Notes: generated by a model not told the origin, from the letters alone. DNA of 64,000 bases from Mobula hypostoma (GCF_963921235.1 NC_086107.1:116376001-116440000); one strand, 5' to 3'. Shown: positions 25,501-38,789, counted from the stretch's first letter. Made by a program: numbers and translations.

Positions 25501-27897
25501 TGTACAGTTACACAGTGACCCTCACCCTGAATAAACAGTGACTCTGTACAGTTACACAGTGAGTGACGCTCACCCTGAATAAACTGTGACCCTGTACAGT
25601 TACACAGTGAGTGACCCTCACCCTGAATAAACTGTGACCCTGTACAGTTACACAGTGAGTGACCCTCACCCTGAATAAACAGTGACTCTGTACAGTTACA
25701 CAGTGACCCTCACCCTGAATAAACAGTGACTCTGTACAGTTACACAGTGACCCTCACCCTGAATAAACAGTGACTCTGTACAGTTACACAGTGAGTGACG
25801 CTCACCCTGAATAAACAGTGACTCTGTACAGTTACACTGTGAACCTCACCCTGAATAAACAGTGACTCTGTTCATTTACACAGTGAGTGACCCTCACCCT
25901 GAATAAACAGTGACTCTGTACAGTTACACAATGACCCTCACTCTGAATAAACAGTGACTCTGTACAGTTACACAATGACCCTCACCCTGAATAAACAGTG
26001 ACTCTGTACAGTTACACAGTGAGTGACCCTCACCCTGAATAAACAGTAACTCTGTACAGTTACACAGTGAGTGACCCTCACCCTGAATAAACTGTGACTC
26101 TGTACAGTTACACAGTGACCCTCACCCTGAATAAACAGTGACTCTGTACAGTTACACAGTGAGTGACCACACCCTGAATAAACAGTGACTCTGTACAGTT
26201 ACACAGTGAGTGACCACACCCTGAATAAACAGTAAACCTGTACAGTTACACAGTGACCCTCACCCTGAATAAACAGTGACTCTGTACAGTTACACAGTGA
26301 GTGACCCTCACCCTGAATAAACAATGACTCTGTACAGTTACACAGTGACCCTCACCCTGAATAAACAGTGACTCTGTACAGTTACACAGTGACCCTCACA
26401 CTGAATAAACAGTGACTCTGTACAGTTACACAATGACCCTCACCCTGAATAAACAGTGACTCTGTACAGTTACACAGTGAGTGATCCTCACCCTGAATAA
26501 ACAGTGACTCTGTACAGTTACACAGTGAGTGACCCTCACCCTGAATAAACAGTGACTCTGTACAGTTACACAGTGACCCTCACCCTGAATAAACAGTGAC
26601 TCTGTACAGTTACACAGTGAGTGACGCTCACCCTGAATAAACTGTGACTCTGTACAGTTACACAGTGAGTGACCCTCACCCTGAATAAACAGTGACTCTG
26701 TACAGTTACACAGTGACCCTCACCCTGAATAAACAGTGACTCTGTACAGTTACACAGTGAGTGACGCTCACCCTGAATAAACTGTGACCCTGTACAGTTA
26801 CACAGTGAGTGACCCTCACCCTGAATAAACTGTGACCCTGTACAGTTACACAGTGAGTGACCCTCACCCTGAATAAACAGTGACTCTGTACAGTTACACA
26901 GTGACCCTCACCCTGAATAAACAGTGACTCTGTACAGTTACACAGTGACCCTCACCCTGAATAAACAGTGACTCTGTACAGTTACACAGTGAGTGACGCT
27001 CACCCTGAATAAACAGTGACTCTGTACAGTTACACTGTGAACCTCACCCTGAATAAACAGTGACTCTGTTCATTTACACAGTGAGTGACCCTCACCCTGA
27101 ATAAACAGTGACTCTGTACAGTTACACAATGACCCTCACTCTGAATAAACAGTGACTCTGTACAGTTACACAATGACCCTCACCCTGAATAAACAGTGAC
27201 TCTGTACAGTTACACAGTGAGTGACCCTCACCCTGAATAAACAGTAACTCTGTACAGTTACACAGTGAGTGACCCTCACCCTGAATAAACTGTGACTCTG
27301 TACAGTTACACAGTGACCCTCACCCTGAATAAACAGTGACTCTGTACAGTTACACAGTGAGTGACCACACCCTGAATAAACAGTGACTCTGTACAGTTAC
27401 ACAGTGAGTGACCACACCCTGAATAAACAGTAAACCTGTACAGTTACACAGTGACCCTCACCCTGAATAAACAGTGACTCTGTACAGTTACACAGTGAGT
27501 GACCCTCACCCTGAATAAACAATGACTCTGTACAGTTACACAGTGACCCTCACCCTGAATAAACAGTGACTCTGTACAGTTACACAGTGACCCTCACACT
27601 GAATAAACAGTGACTCTGTACAGTTACACAATGACCCTCACCCTGAATAAACAGTGACTCTGTACAGTTAGTGTGACCCTCACCCTGAATAAACAGTGAC
27701 TCTGTACAGTTACAGTGTGACCCTCACCCTGAATAAACAGTGACTCTGTACAGTTACACAGTGACCCTCACACTGAATAAACAGTGACTCTGTACAGTTA
27801 CACAGTGACCCTCACCCTGAATAAACAGTGACTCTGTACAGTTACACAGTGACCCTCACACTGAATAAACAGTGACTCTGTACAGTTACACAGTGAG
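22587..27897. repeat. 44/48-bp minisatellite, about 115 copies, in PRRT2 intron 1
   Basis: Unit GACCCTCACCCTGAATAAACAGTGACTCTGTACAGTTACACAGT(GAGT). Confidence 0.98.
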
Positions 27898-28373
27898 GGT
27901 CAAGGGGAGAGGGAAGTTGGGGTCTAGGTAGACTCGGGGGTGGGGAGCAGGGGATCTCAGGGAGAAAGCAGGTAAGTATAGAAGGGGGCAGATGTGATTG
28001 AATGGGGAAGTTGGGGTGGAGACGATTATCTAGGGAGGGAGAAGTGTGTGGGAGAGCAGCAAGGGAGCAGGTTAGTGGAGGGGAGCTGGAGGGTGAGGGG
28101 AGGGACGAGTTCAGGATGGGGAGAGTGACGGGAGAGGGAAGAGAGGGATGGAGGGAGCAAGCCAGGAATGTAGGTGAGAGTTTGTAAGGATGAGAGATGG
28201 AGAGATGTGGGTGGGGTTTTGTGTTGGGGTGGCGGTGCTGGGGACGGGGACAGGGGTTGCGGTCTGCGGCTGCGGATGGGGAGTGCAGGGCAGGGGTGGG
28301 GTGGGGTGGGGTGGGGTGGGGGACAGCCCACGGGAGGAATTCCCGAATCCAGCCGATCTCTCCGCTGACTCAC

Positions 28374-28720
28374 CGGATTTTCCCGGGACGCCGGAGGGAT
28401 TCTGTTCGATTCCGCCGGTTCTCAGTGAAGCCGAGCTTCTGGTAGAGGAGCTGGAGGAAGATGAAGATGAGGAGGAGTTGAGGCGGGGGGGGGCGGGGAA
28501 CGACACCCTGTGTGTGAGAGAGAGACGCACCGCTTCCCCTGGGTGTAACAGGAGCGTATCTGCCGTCACTCACTGCTCATACACAGAGTGCCTCTGCTCT
28601 CCCAAACACACGGACAGACACACACCCGTGTTTACCCTCGCAGCCACGCTCACACTCACACTCCGCCGGGATCCGTCCACATCACAGACTCTGCAATACG
28701 TCGCTCCGTACAACCGCATC
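28374..28720 (-). promoter_or_regulatory. PRRT2: Probable non-coding exon 1 and promoter region of PRRT2
   Basis: CpG-rich unique island between two repeat blocks, with a strong donor AATCCG|GTGAGT at 28374/28373. The first coding exon begins with an acceptor, so an upstream exon is required. The 5' boundary is a guess. Confidence 0.6.
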
Positions 28721-28724
28721 CGCC

Positions 28725-31080
28725 CTCAGCCACACTCGCCCCCTCCCCTCAGCACTCCCTCTCTCTATCACACTCGCCCCCTCCCCTCAGCCCTCCCTCT
28801 CTCTATCACACTCACCCCTCCCCTCAGCCCTCCCTCTCCCCTACCTTCCTCTATCACACACCCCCTCCCCTCAGCCCTCCCTCCCTCTATCACACTCGCC
28901 CCCTCCCCTCGGCCCTCCCTCTCCCCTCCCTCTCTCTATCACACTCGCCCCCTCCCCTCAGCCCTCCCTCCCTCTATCACACTCGCCCCCTCCCCTCAGC
29001 CCTCCCTCTCTCTATCACACTCACCCACTCCCCTCGGCCCTCCCTCTCCCCTCCCTCTCTCTATCACACTCGCCCCCTCCCCTCAGCCCTCCCTCTCTCT
29101 ATCACACTCGCCCCCTCCCCTCAGCCCTCCCTCTCTCTATCACACTCACCCGCTCCCCTCGGCCCTCCCTCTCCCCTCACTCCTCCCTCCCTCTATCACA
29201 CACCCCCTCCCCTCGGCCCTCCCTCCTTCTATCACACTCGCCCCCTCCCCTCAGCCCTCCCTCTATCACACTCACGCCCACCCCTCGGCCCTCCCTCTCC
29301 CCTCACTCCTCTCGCCCTCTATCACACTCACCCCCTCCCCTCGGCCCTCCCTCTCTCTATCACACTCGCCCCCTCCCCTCAGCCCTCCCTCTCTCTATCA
29401 CACTCACCCCCTCCCCTCGGCCCTCCCTCTCCCTTCCCTCCCTCTATCACACACCCCCTCCCCTCGGCCCTCCCTCCCTCTATCACACTCGCCCCCTCCC
29501 CTCGGCCCTCCCTCCCTCTATCACACTCGCCCCCTCCCCTCAGCCCTCCCTCCCTCAGCCACACTCGCCCCCTCCCCTCAGCCCCCCTTTCTTTATCACA
29601 CTCACCCCCTCCCCTCAGCCCTCCCTCCCTCTATCACACTTGCCCCCTCCCCTCAGCCCTCCCTCTCCCCTCTATCACACTCGCCCCCTCCCCTCAGCAC
29701 TCCCTCTCTCTATCACACTCGCCCCCTCCCCTCAGCCCTCCCTCTCTCTATCACACTCACCCCCTCCCCTCGGCCCTCCCTCTCCCCTCCCTCCCTCTAT
29801 CACACTCGCCCCTCCCCTCAGCCCTCCCTCCCTCAGCCACACTCGCCCCCTCCCCTCAGCCCTCCCTCTTCTATCACACTCACCCCTCCCCTCGGCCCTC
29901 CCTCTCCCCTCCCTCCATCACACTCACCCCCTCCCCTCACTCCTCCCTCCCTCTATCACACTCCCCCTCTCCCCTCAGCCCTCCATCTCCCCTCACTCCT
30001 CCCTCCCTCTATCACACGCCCCCTCCCCTCAGCCCTCCCTCCCTCTATCTCACTCACCCCCTCCCCTCGGCCCTCCCTCTCCCCTCACTCCTCCCTCCCT
30101 CTATCACACTTGCCCCCTCCCCTCAGCCCTCCCTCTCCCCTCCTCCCTCCCTCTATCACACTTGCCCCTCCCCTCAGCCGTCCCTCCCTCTATCACACTC
30201 ACCCCCTCCCCTCAGCCCTCCCTCTCTCTATCACACCCCCTCCCCTCGGCCCTCCCTCTCTCCTCACTCCTCCCTCCCTCTATCACACTCGCCCCCTCCC
30301 CTCAGCCCTCCCTCCCTCTATCACACTCACCTCCTCCCCACGGCCCTCTCTATCACACTCCCCCTCTCCCCTCAGCCCTCCATCTCCCCTCACTCCTCCC
30401 TCTCTCTATCACACTCACCCCCTCCCCTCGGCCCTCCCTCTCCCCTCAATCACACTTGCCCCCTCCGCTCAGCCCTCCCTCTCCCCTCACTCCTCCCTCC
30501 CTCTATCACACTTGCCCCCTCCCCTCAGCCGTCCCTCCCTCTATCACACTCACCCCCTCCCCTCAGCCCTCCCTCTATCACACTCCCCCTCTCCCCTCAC
30601 TCCTCTATCACACTCGCCCCCTCCCCTCAGCCCTCCCTCCCTCACACTCACCTCCTCCCCTCGGCCCTCTCTATCACACTCCCCCTTTCCCCTCAGCCCT
30701 CCATCTCCCCTCACTCCTCCCTCTCTCTATCACACTCACCCCCTCCCCTTGGCCCTCCCTCTCCCCTCACTCCTCCCTCCCTCTATCACACTCGCCCCCT
30801 CCCCTCAGCCCTCCCTCCCTCTATCTCACTCACCCCCTCCCCTCAGCCCTCCCTCTATCACACTCCCCCTCTCCCCTCAGCCCTCCCTCTCCCCTCACTC
30901 CTCTATCACACTCGCCCCCTCCCCTCAGCCCTCCCTCCCTCCATCACACTCACCTCCTCCCCTCGGCCCTCTCTATCACACTCCCCCTTTCCCCTCAGCC
31001 CTCCATCTCCCCTCACTCCTCCCTCCCTCCCTCTATCACACTCGCCCCCTCCCCTCAGCCCTCCCTCTCCCCCTCATCCC
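28725..31080. repeat. C/T-rich degenerate minisatellite
   Basis: Recurrent CTATCACACTCGCCCCCTCCCCTCAGCCCTCCCT. Confidence 0.95.
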
Positions 31081-31569
31081 TCGCTCTCTCTCTCACATTC
31101 CCCCTCTCCACGATATTGCCTCTCTACCACTCTCCTCTTCCTCCTCCTATACCCCTCTCTGTCTCCCTTCCCCACACCCCTCCTGGAGAACCCATACTCT
31201 ACCCAGGACCACATTTCCTTCCCTCTCTCTCTGTGTGGCTCTGGTGTCAAGATGTATTTCTCTGGTAAATTGTGTAAAATTCATGTTAATTTTACCCTGT
31301 GTTTCTCATGTTTATGATGTACTCAGCTGCCACTGCTGGTAAAAGTAATTTTTCATGATGATACCCTGGTTATGAATACCTGTGAAAACTAACAGACTTT
31401 AAGCTTGAGACATTGGAGCAGAATTGGACCATTCAGCACATTGGGTTGGCTCCATTTCCCTCCCAACCCCATCCTCCGACCTTCACCCACAACTGTTCAT
31501 GCCCTGACTAATGAAAAATCTATTATCCTCAGCCTTAAGTACACCCAATAACCTGGCCTCCACACTCAC

Positions 31570-32125
31570 CCATCCTGCTCTGTCTTTCCTGCTTTTATTT
31601 CCTCAAAGAATTCCCTTGAGGAAACTATGCTGACTGCAGTCCATTTCATCACGTGCCTCCAAGTACCACAAAACCTCATCCAGCATCTCCCTAACCACTG
31701 AGGTCAAGCTAAGTAGCATTTAGTTCCCTTTCTTCTGCCTCCCTCCCTTCTTGAAGACAGGAGTGACATTTGCAAATTTCCAGTCCTCTGGAAGCATGCC
31801 AGAATGGAGTCATCCTTAAAAAATGATGATTAACACTTTCACTATCTGTTCAGCCATGTCTTTCAGAACCCTGGGATGTAGTCCATCTTGTTCGGGTGAC
31901 TTATCTGCCTTCAGACCATTCAGCTTCCCAAGCACCTTCTCCCTCGCAATGGCAGCTTCACCCAATTCCGCCCCCTGACGCTCTCAAACCTCTGGCATAC
32001 TGCTAGTGTAGAAGGATGCAAAATACTTACTGTTTAATCTGCCATTTCCTTGCCCCCAGCGTCATTTGCTAGTGGTCCAATATCCACTCTCTCCTCTCAC
32101 TTACATATCTGAAAAAACTTTTGTT
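31570..32125 (-). mobile_element. Degenerate CR1 ORF2 fragment
   Basis: Similar to the 720-1290 CR1 region (ggagtgacatttgcaa..ttccagtc; ggtgacttatct.ccttcagacc). Confidence 0.7.
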
Positions 32126-35100
32126 ATTTTCTTTAGGGGCTGGAGGGATGTAGCAGCGTATCGCCTCTGGCACTCCAGTGGATAGCATTGACTCTGACGC
32201 CTCTCTCCTGGATGGCTGCAAGCAGCTGACACAGTGGTTTGAGGCCTGGTCCTTGCTCTGACCAAGGCCACACAGCCCTGTTGCTGTTCACAAATAAACC
32301 GGTGAGCAGGACTTGCGGCATTCCACCGCACCAGTGCCCAGTCACTCGCTGTTGGGCTGCACACCACCTTCACACATCTGCTGTGACGTAGGCACCAAGT
32401 CCAACTCCTTCAGTTTCCCACCAACGAGCAATTCACTGACAGGGTAAACCTGGAGTTTAAGTTCTCAATGCCCAGCAGGGTCTGCATTTGTAAAAAAAAA
32501 ATGTTTATAAAAGATGGGATTATGATGTTAATTGTGCCTGCATCAAACCAGCCAACACTGGTTAATAGTTCAAGGAAGCTTGTAGACCAGTGATACTGTC
32601 ACTTACCACATCACTTAGTTTAAAGGAATGGTATTTGTGTTTTGCAAAGCCTTTGTGTTTTAGAAATCATTTGTAACTTGGAAATCTTATATAAGATAGA
32701 AATCCTCTGAGAGTTTTAAAGTTGTTTTAAGAATTTTATCTAATTTTAAATGTGCATCATAAAAATAAATGAAATGTATTTAAAACTACTTTGCTAGCTG
32801 GAAGTATTTCCTCCTTGGTGGCGGGGGTGGTGGGGTCCCACTGCTCAGGTAGTGGTCATTGGCATCTAAACTTGACATGGAAGATAAACAGAGTTGCTTG
32901 CTACAGTATAACCTCCTTTTAGTGAGGGTACCCAGAGCTGTCTACATCAGAGAGAGCTAAAGATCTTCATTTGAGTTCAGAACTTCACAGACAGCAAAGC
33001 CAATACTTTCAGGTACGGAGCATCTACACCAACGATGATTTCACTGCATGTTTCTACACACGTGAGAAATGAAGCACATCCTAATATTAATCTTAGAGGT
33101 GTGGGTGCGGGTTTACAGAGACAGAGCAGGTGTATGCGAGGGTAGAGTAGGAGTCAGAGTGGGGTAGGAGCATAGAAACACTACAGCAGAATACAGGCCA
33201 TTCAGCCCACAATGCTGTGCTGAACATGTACTTCCTTTAGAAATTACCATAGCCCTCTATTTATCTAAGCTCCATGTACCTATCCAGGAGTCTCTTAAAA
33301 GACCCTATCGTATCTGCTTCCACCACCGCCACCAGCAGCCCATTCCACGCACTCACCACTCTCTGCGTAAAAAAACTTACCCCCAACATCTCCTCTGTAC
33401 CTACTTCCAAGCACCTTAAAACTATGCCCTCTCGTGCCAGCCAACAATCAATGCCTCTCATCATCTTATACACCTCTATCAGGTCACCTCTCATCCTCCA
33501 CCGCTCCAAGGAGAAAAGGCCGAGTTCACTCAACCTATTCTCATAAGGCATGCTCCCCAATCCAGGCAACATCCTTGTAAATTTCCTCTGCACCCTTTCT
33601 ATGGTTTCCACATCCTTCCTGTAGTGAGGTGACCAGAACTGAGCACAGTACTCCAAGTGGGGTCTGACCGGGGTCCTATATAGCTGTAACATTACTTCTC
33701 GGCTCTTAAACTCAATCCCACGGTTGATGAAGGCCAATGCACCGTATGCCTTCTTAACCACAGAGTCAACCTGCGCAGCTGCTTTGAGTGTCCTATGGAC
33801 TCGGACCCCAAGATCCCTCTGATTTTCTACACTGCCAAGAGTCTTACCATTAATACTACATTCTGCCATCATATTTGACCTACCAAAATTAACCATCTCA
33901 CACTTATCTGGGATGAACTCTATTGGCCACTTCTCAGCCCAGTTTTGCATCCTATCAATGTCCCTCTGTAACCTCTGACAGTCCTGTACACTATCCACAA
34001 CGCACCCAACCTTTGTGTCATCACCAAATTTACTAATCCATCCCTCCACTTCCTCATCCAGGTCATTTATAAAAATCACGAAGAGAAGGGGTCCCAGAAC
34101 AGATCCCTGAGGCACTCCACTGGTCACTGACCTCCCTGCAGAATATGACCCATATACAACCACTCCTTGCCTTCTGTGGGCAACCCATTTCTGGATCTAC
34201 AAAGCAAGTTCTCCCTGGATCCCATGCCTCCTTACTTTCTCAATAAGCCTTGCATGGGGTACCTTATCAAGTGACTTGCTGAAATCCACATACACTACAT
34301 CTACTACTGTATTTTCATCAATGTGTTTATTCACATCCTCAAAAAACTCAATCAGGCTCGTAAGGCATGACCTGCCTTTGGCAGAGCCATGCTGACTATT
34401 CCTAATCATATTATGGCTCTCTAAATGTTCATAAATCCTGCCTCTCAAGATCTTTTCTATCAACTTACCAACCACTGAAGTAAGACTCACTGGTCTATAA
34501 TTTCCTGGGCTATCTCTACTCCCTTTCTTGAATAAGGGACCAACATCTGCAACCCTCTAATCCTCTGGAACCTCCACATTGATGATGCAAAGATCATCGC
34601 CAGAGGCTCAGCAATCTCCTCCCTCACCTCCCACAGTAGCCTGGGGTACATCTCATCCGGTCCCAGAGACTTATCCAACTTGATGTTTTCCAAAAGCTCC
34701 AAAACATCCTTTTTTTTTAATGTCTATATGCTCAAGATTTTCAATCCACTGTAATCCACTACAGTCGCCAAGATTCTTTTCCATAGTGAATACTGAAGCA
34801 AAGTATTCCTTAAGTATCTTTGCTATCTCCTCCGGGTCCATACATACTTTTCCACTGTCACACTTGATTGGTCCTATTCTCCCTCATTTTATCCTCTTGC
34901 TCTTCACATATTTGTAGAATGCCTGGGGGTTTTCCTTAATCCTGCTCACCGAGGCCTTCTCATGGCCCCTTCTGGCTCTCCTAATTTCTTTCTTAAGCTC
35001 CTTCCTGCTCGCCTTATAACCTTCTAGATCTCTATCATTACCTGGGTATTTTGAACCTTTCGTAAGCTTTTCTTTTCTTCTTGACAAGATTTTCAACAGC

Positions 35101-35442
35101 CTTTGTACACCATGGTTCCTGTACCCTACCATCCTTTCCCTGTCTCATTGGAACGTACCCGTGCAGAACGCCATGCAAATATCCCCCGAACACTTGACAC
35201 ATTTCCCTGAGAACATCTGTTCCCAATTTATGCTTCCAAGTTCCTGCCTGATAGTTTCATATTTCCCCTTACTCCAATTAAACGCTTTCCTAACTTGTCT
35301 GTTCCTATCCCTCTCCAATGCTCTAGTAAGGAAATAGAATTGTGATCACAATCTCCAAAATGATCTCCCACTAAGAGATCTGACACCTAACCAGGCTCAT
35401 TTCCCAATACCAGATCAAGTACAGCCCCTCCTCTGTAGGCTT

Positions 35443-35815
35443 AGAAACATAGAAAATCTACAGCACAATACAGGCCCTTCGGCCCTCAAAGCTGAGCTGA
35501 ACATGTCCTTACCTGAGAAATTACCTCGGGTTACCCATAGCCCTCTATTTTTCTGAGATCCATATACCTGTCCAGGAGTCTCTTAAAAGACCCTATCATT
35601 TCCTCCTCCACCACCGTCACTGGCAGCCCATTCCACGCACTCACCACTCTCTGCGTAAAAAACTTACCCCTGACATCTCCTCTGTACCTGCTTCCAAGCA
35701 CCTTAAAACTGTGCCCTCTCATGCTAGCCATTTCAGCCCTGGGAAATGCCTCTGACTATCCACACGATCAATGCCTCTCATCATCTTATACACCTCTATC
35801 AGGTCACCTCTCATA
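35443..35815 (-). mobile_element. CR1 3'-end fragment nested in the larger CR1
   Basis: Reads MRGDLIEVYKMMRGIDRVD...RGHSFKV...FFTQRVVSAWNGLP, with a 3'UTR and tail like those at 33170-33300. Confidence 0.8.
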
Positions 35816-35944
35816 CTCTGTCTATTTACATATTGTGTCAGGAAACCTTCCTGAACACACTTAACAAACTCCATCCCATCTAGACCGCTTGCTCTAGGGA
35901 GATGCCAATCAATATTTGGCAAATTAAAATCTCCAAATTTTAAT

Positions 35945-36236
35945 TGGTGGGTGGCCAAGTGGTTAAGGCGTTCGTCTAGTGATCTGAAGGTCGCTAGTTC
36001 AAGCCTTGGCTGAGGCAGTGTGTTGTGTCCTTGAGCAAGGCACTTAACCACACATTGCTCTGCAACGACAACGGTGCCAAGCTGTATGGGTCCTAATGCC
36101 CTTCTCTTGGACAACATTGGTGGCGTGGAGAGGGGAGACTTGCAGCATGGGGAACTGCCGGTCTTCCATACAACCTTGCCCTGGAAACCTACCAAGGCGC
36201 AAATCCATGGTCTCACGAGACTAAGGGATGCCTATC
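35945..36236 (+). mobile_element. tRNA-derived SINE
   Basis: Pol III A box TGGCCAAGTGG and B-box-like GTTCAAGCC, followed by a GTGTCCTTGAGCAAGGCACTTAACC body typical of fish SINEs. Confidence 0.75.
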
Positions 36237-37095
36237 ATCTTGTCATTTTCAGAAGTTTTCGGATGACTCTGCCATAGTTGGATGCATCAGCAAGGGAGAT
36301 GAGGCTGAGTACAGGGCTACGGTAGGAAACTTTGTCACATGGTGTGAGCAGAATTATCTGCAGCTTAATGTGAAAAAGACTAAGGAGCTGGTGGTAGACC
36401 TGAGGAGAGCTAAGGTACTGGTGATCCCTGTTTCCATCCAGGGGGTCAGTGTGGACACGGTGGAGGATTACAAATACCTGGGGATACGAATTGACAATAA
36501 ACCGGACTGGTCAAAGAACACTGAGGCTGTCTACAAGAAGGGTCAGAGCCGTCTCTATTTCCTGAGGAGACTGAGGTCCTTTAACATCTGCCGGACAATG
36601 CTGAGGATGTTCTCTGAGTTTGTGGTGGCCAGTGCTATCATGTTTGCTGTTGTGTGCTGGGGCAGCAGGCTGAGGGTAGCAGACACCAACAGAATCAACA
36701 AACTCATTCGTAAGGCCAGTGATGTTGTGGGGATGGAACTGGACTCTCTCACGGTGGTGTCTGAAAAGAGGATGCTGTCTAAGTTGCATGCCATCTTGGA
36801 CAATGTCTCCCATCCACTACATAATGTACTGGGTGGGCACAGGAGTACATTCAGCCAGAGACTCATTCCTCCGAGATGCAACACAGAGCATCATAGGAAG
36901 TCATTCCTGCCTGTGGCCTTCAAACTTTACAACTCCTCCCTTGGAGGGTCAGACACCCTGTGCTGGTAGGCTGGTCCTGGACGTTTCATAATTTACTGGC
37001 ATAATTTACATATTACTATTTAACTATTTATGGTGCAACTGTAACGAAAACCAATTTCCCCCTGGGATCAATAAAGTATGACTATGACTATGACT
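36237..37095 (+). mobile_element. Rex1/Babar-like LINE 3' fragment with (ATGACT)n tail
   Basis: Open frame QKFSDDSAIVG...LQLNVKKTKELVVD...YKYLG...KKGQSRLYFLRRLRSF, then AATAAA and ATGACT repeats at about 37070-37096. Confidence 0.85.
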
Positions 37096-38789
37096 ATTAA
37101 AATCTCCCACCGAGACAACCCTATTATTATTACAGCTTTCCAGAATTTGTCTCCCTATCTGCTCCTCGATGTCCCCTTCCTGTTTCTAACTTCCACCCAC
37201 GGAGACCCAGTAGACAATCCATCCTTGACTCCCTCCTTTTCTGCAGCCGGGACACTATCTCTGATCAGCACTGCCACACCCCCACCTCTTTTGCCTCCCT
37301 CCCTGTCCTTTCTGAAACATCTAAAGCCCGGCACTCTAAGTAACCATTCCTGTCCCTGAGCCATCCAAGTCTCTGTAATGGCCACCACATCATAGCTCCA
37401 AGTACTGACTCACGCTCTAAACTCATCCACTTTTTTCATGATGTTTCTTGCATCAAAATAGACACATCTCAAACCATCGGTCTGAGCACGTCCATTCTCT
37501 ATCACCTGCCTACCCTCCCTCTCGCACTGTCTACATGCTTTCTCTATTTATGAGCCAACCGCTCCTTCCCCCGTCTCTTCAGTTTGGTTCCCACACCCCA
37601 GCAATTCTAGTTTAAACTCTCCCCAATAGCCTTAGCAAACTTCCCTGCCAGGATATTGGTCCCCCTGGGATTCAAGTGCAACCTGTCCTTTTTGTACAGG
37701 TCACACCTGCTCCAAAAGAGATCCCAATGATCCAGAAATCTGAATCCCTGCCCCGTGCTCCAATCCCTCAGCCACGTTTTATCCTTCACCTCACTATTCG
37801 AATACTCACTGTCACGTGGCACAGGCAGTAATCCTGAGGTTACTACCTTTGAGGCCCTGCTTCTCAACTTCCTTCCTAACTCGCTGTAGTCTGTTTTCAG
37901 AACCTCCTCCTTTTTCCTCGTGTCGTTGGTACCAATATGTACCACGACCTCTGGCTGTTCTCATTCCCACTTCAGGATATCGTGGATGCGATGAGAAACA
38001 TCATGGATCCTGGCACTTGGGAGGCAAACAACCATCCGTGCTTCATTCCTGTGTCCACAGAATCACCTGTCTGACCCCCTAACTCTAGAGTTCCCTATCC
38101 CTGCTACCATCCTCTTCCTTTCCCTACCCTTCTGAACCACAGGGCCAGACTCTGTGCCAGAGGCGCGGCCACTGTCGCTTCCCCCAGATAGGCCGTTCCC
38201 CCCTAACAGTACTCGAGCAGGAGTACTTATTGTTAAGGGGGACAGCCCCAGGGGTACTCTCTAGTATCTGACTCTTGCCCTTCCCTCTCCTGACCGTTAC
38301 CCACTTATCTGTCTCCTGAGGCCCCGGTGTGATTACTTGCTTATAGCTCCTCTCCATCACCTCCTTGCTCTCCCTGACCAGACGAAGGTCATCGAGCTGC
38401 ATCTCCAGTTCCCTAAGGAGCTGCAGCTTAACACACCTGGCACAGATGTGGCTGTCCGGGAGGCTGGGAGTCTCCTGAACTTCCCACATCCGACACCCAG
38501 TACAGAACATCAGCCTCACATACTTCCTGTTTCTATTCCTCACAGGTAACTTACCTCATCTCAACCCGGTACTGCCAAAACCCTGCTACCCTGCCTCAGA
38601 TAACCCTGTGGATGACCGCTCTGCTAAGCAATGTCTCCCTTTTATGCCTGAACCTTCCCTGCTATCGAACTCATGATTGGTGCTCTGGTTATAGCCGTTG
38701 ACAGGCCACGTACAATTGACAAATACTCTCAAAGCTCTCTTTTCAAATAACTGCCGCCGACCTGCGGATTATAGAGATTCAGGGATGTT

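Larger units (their letters stand above)
33170..38650 (-). mobile_element. Near full-length decayed CR1 LINE (ORF1 esterase and ORF2 EN/RT) with nested insertions
   Basis: ORF1 remnants: CTGCRMWE...HICARC, WVTVRRGKGK, VHIGTND, DRLHLNPRG. EN remnant: VAITETW. RT remnants: GVPQGSVLGPLLF, KFGDDTK, VRPHLEYCAQFWSP. Interrupted at about 35443-35815 and 35935-37095. Confidence 0.9.

Noticed and set aside
12980..27897. CRISPR-like regular arrays
   Set aside because: The units are contiguous with no unique spacers, there are no cas genes, and the context is vertebrate.
28190..31342. 1050-, 909- and 542-aa Pro/Ser/Leu-rich ORFs
   Set aside because: All three frames are open because the C/T-rich repeat lacks stop codons. 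There is no domain or exon evidence.
35945..36020. tRNA gene (also 5975-6047)
   Set aside because: A and B boxes are present, but there is no convincing cloverleaf and each continues into a SINE body and tail.
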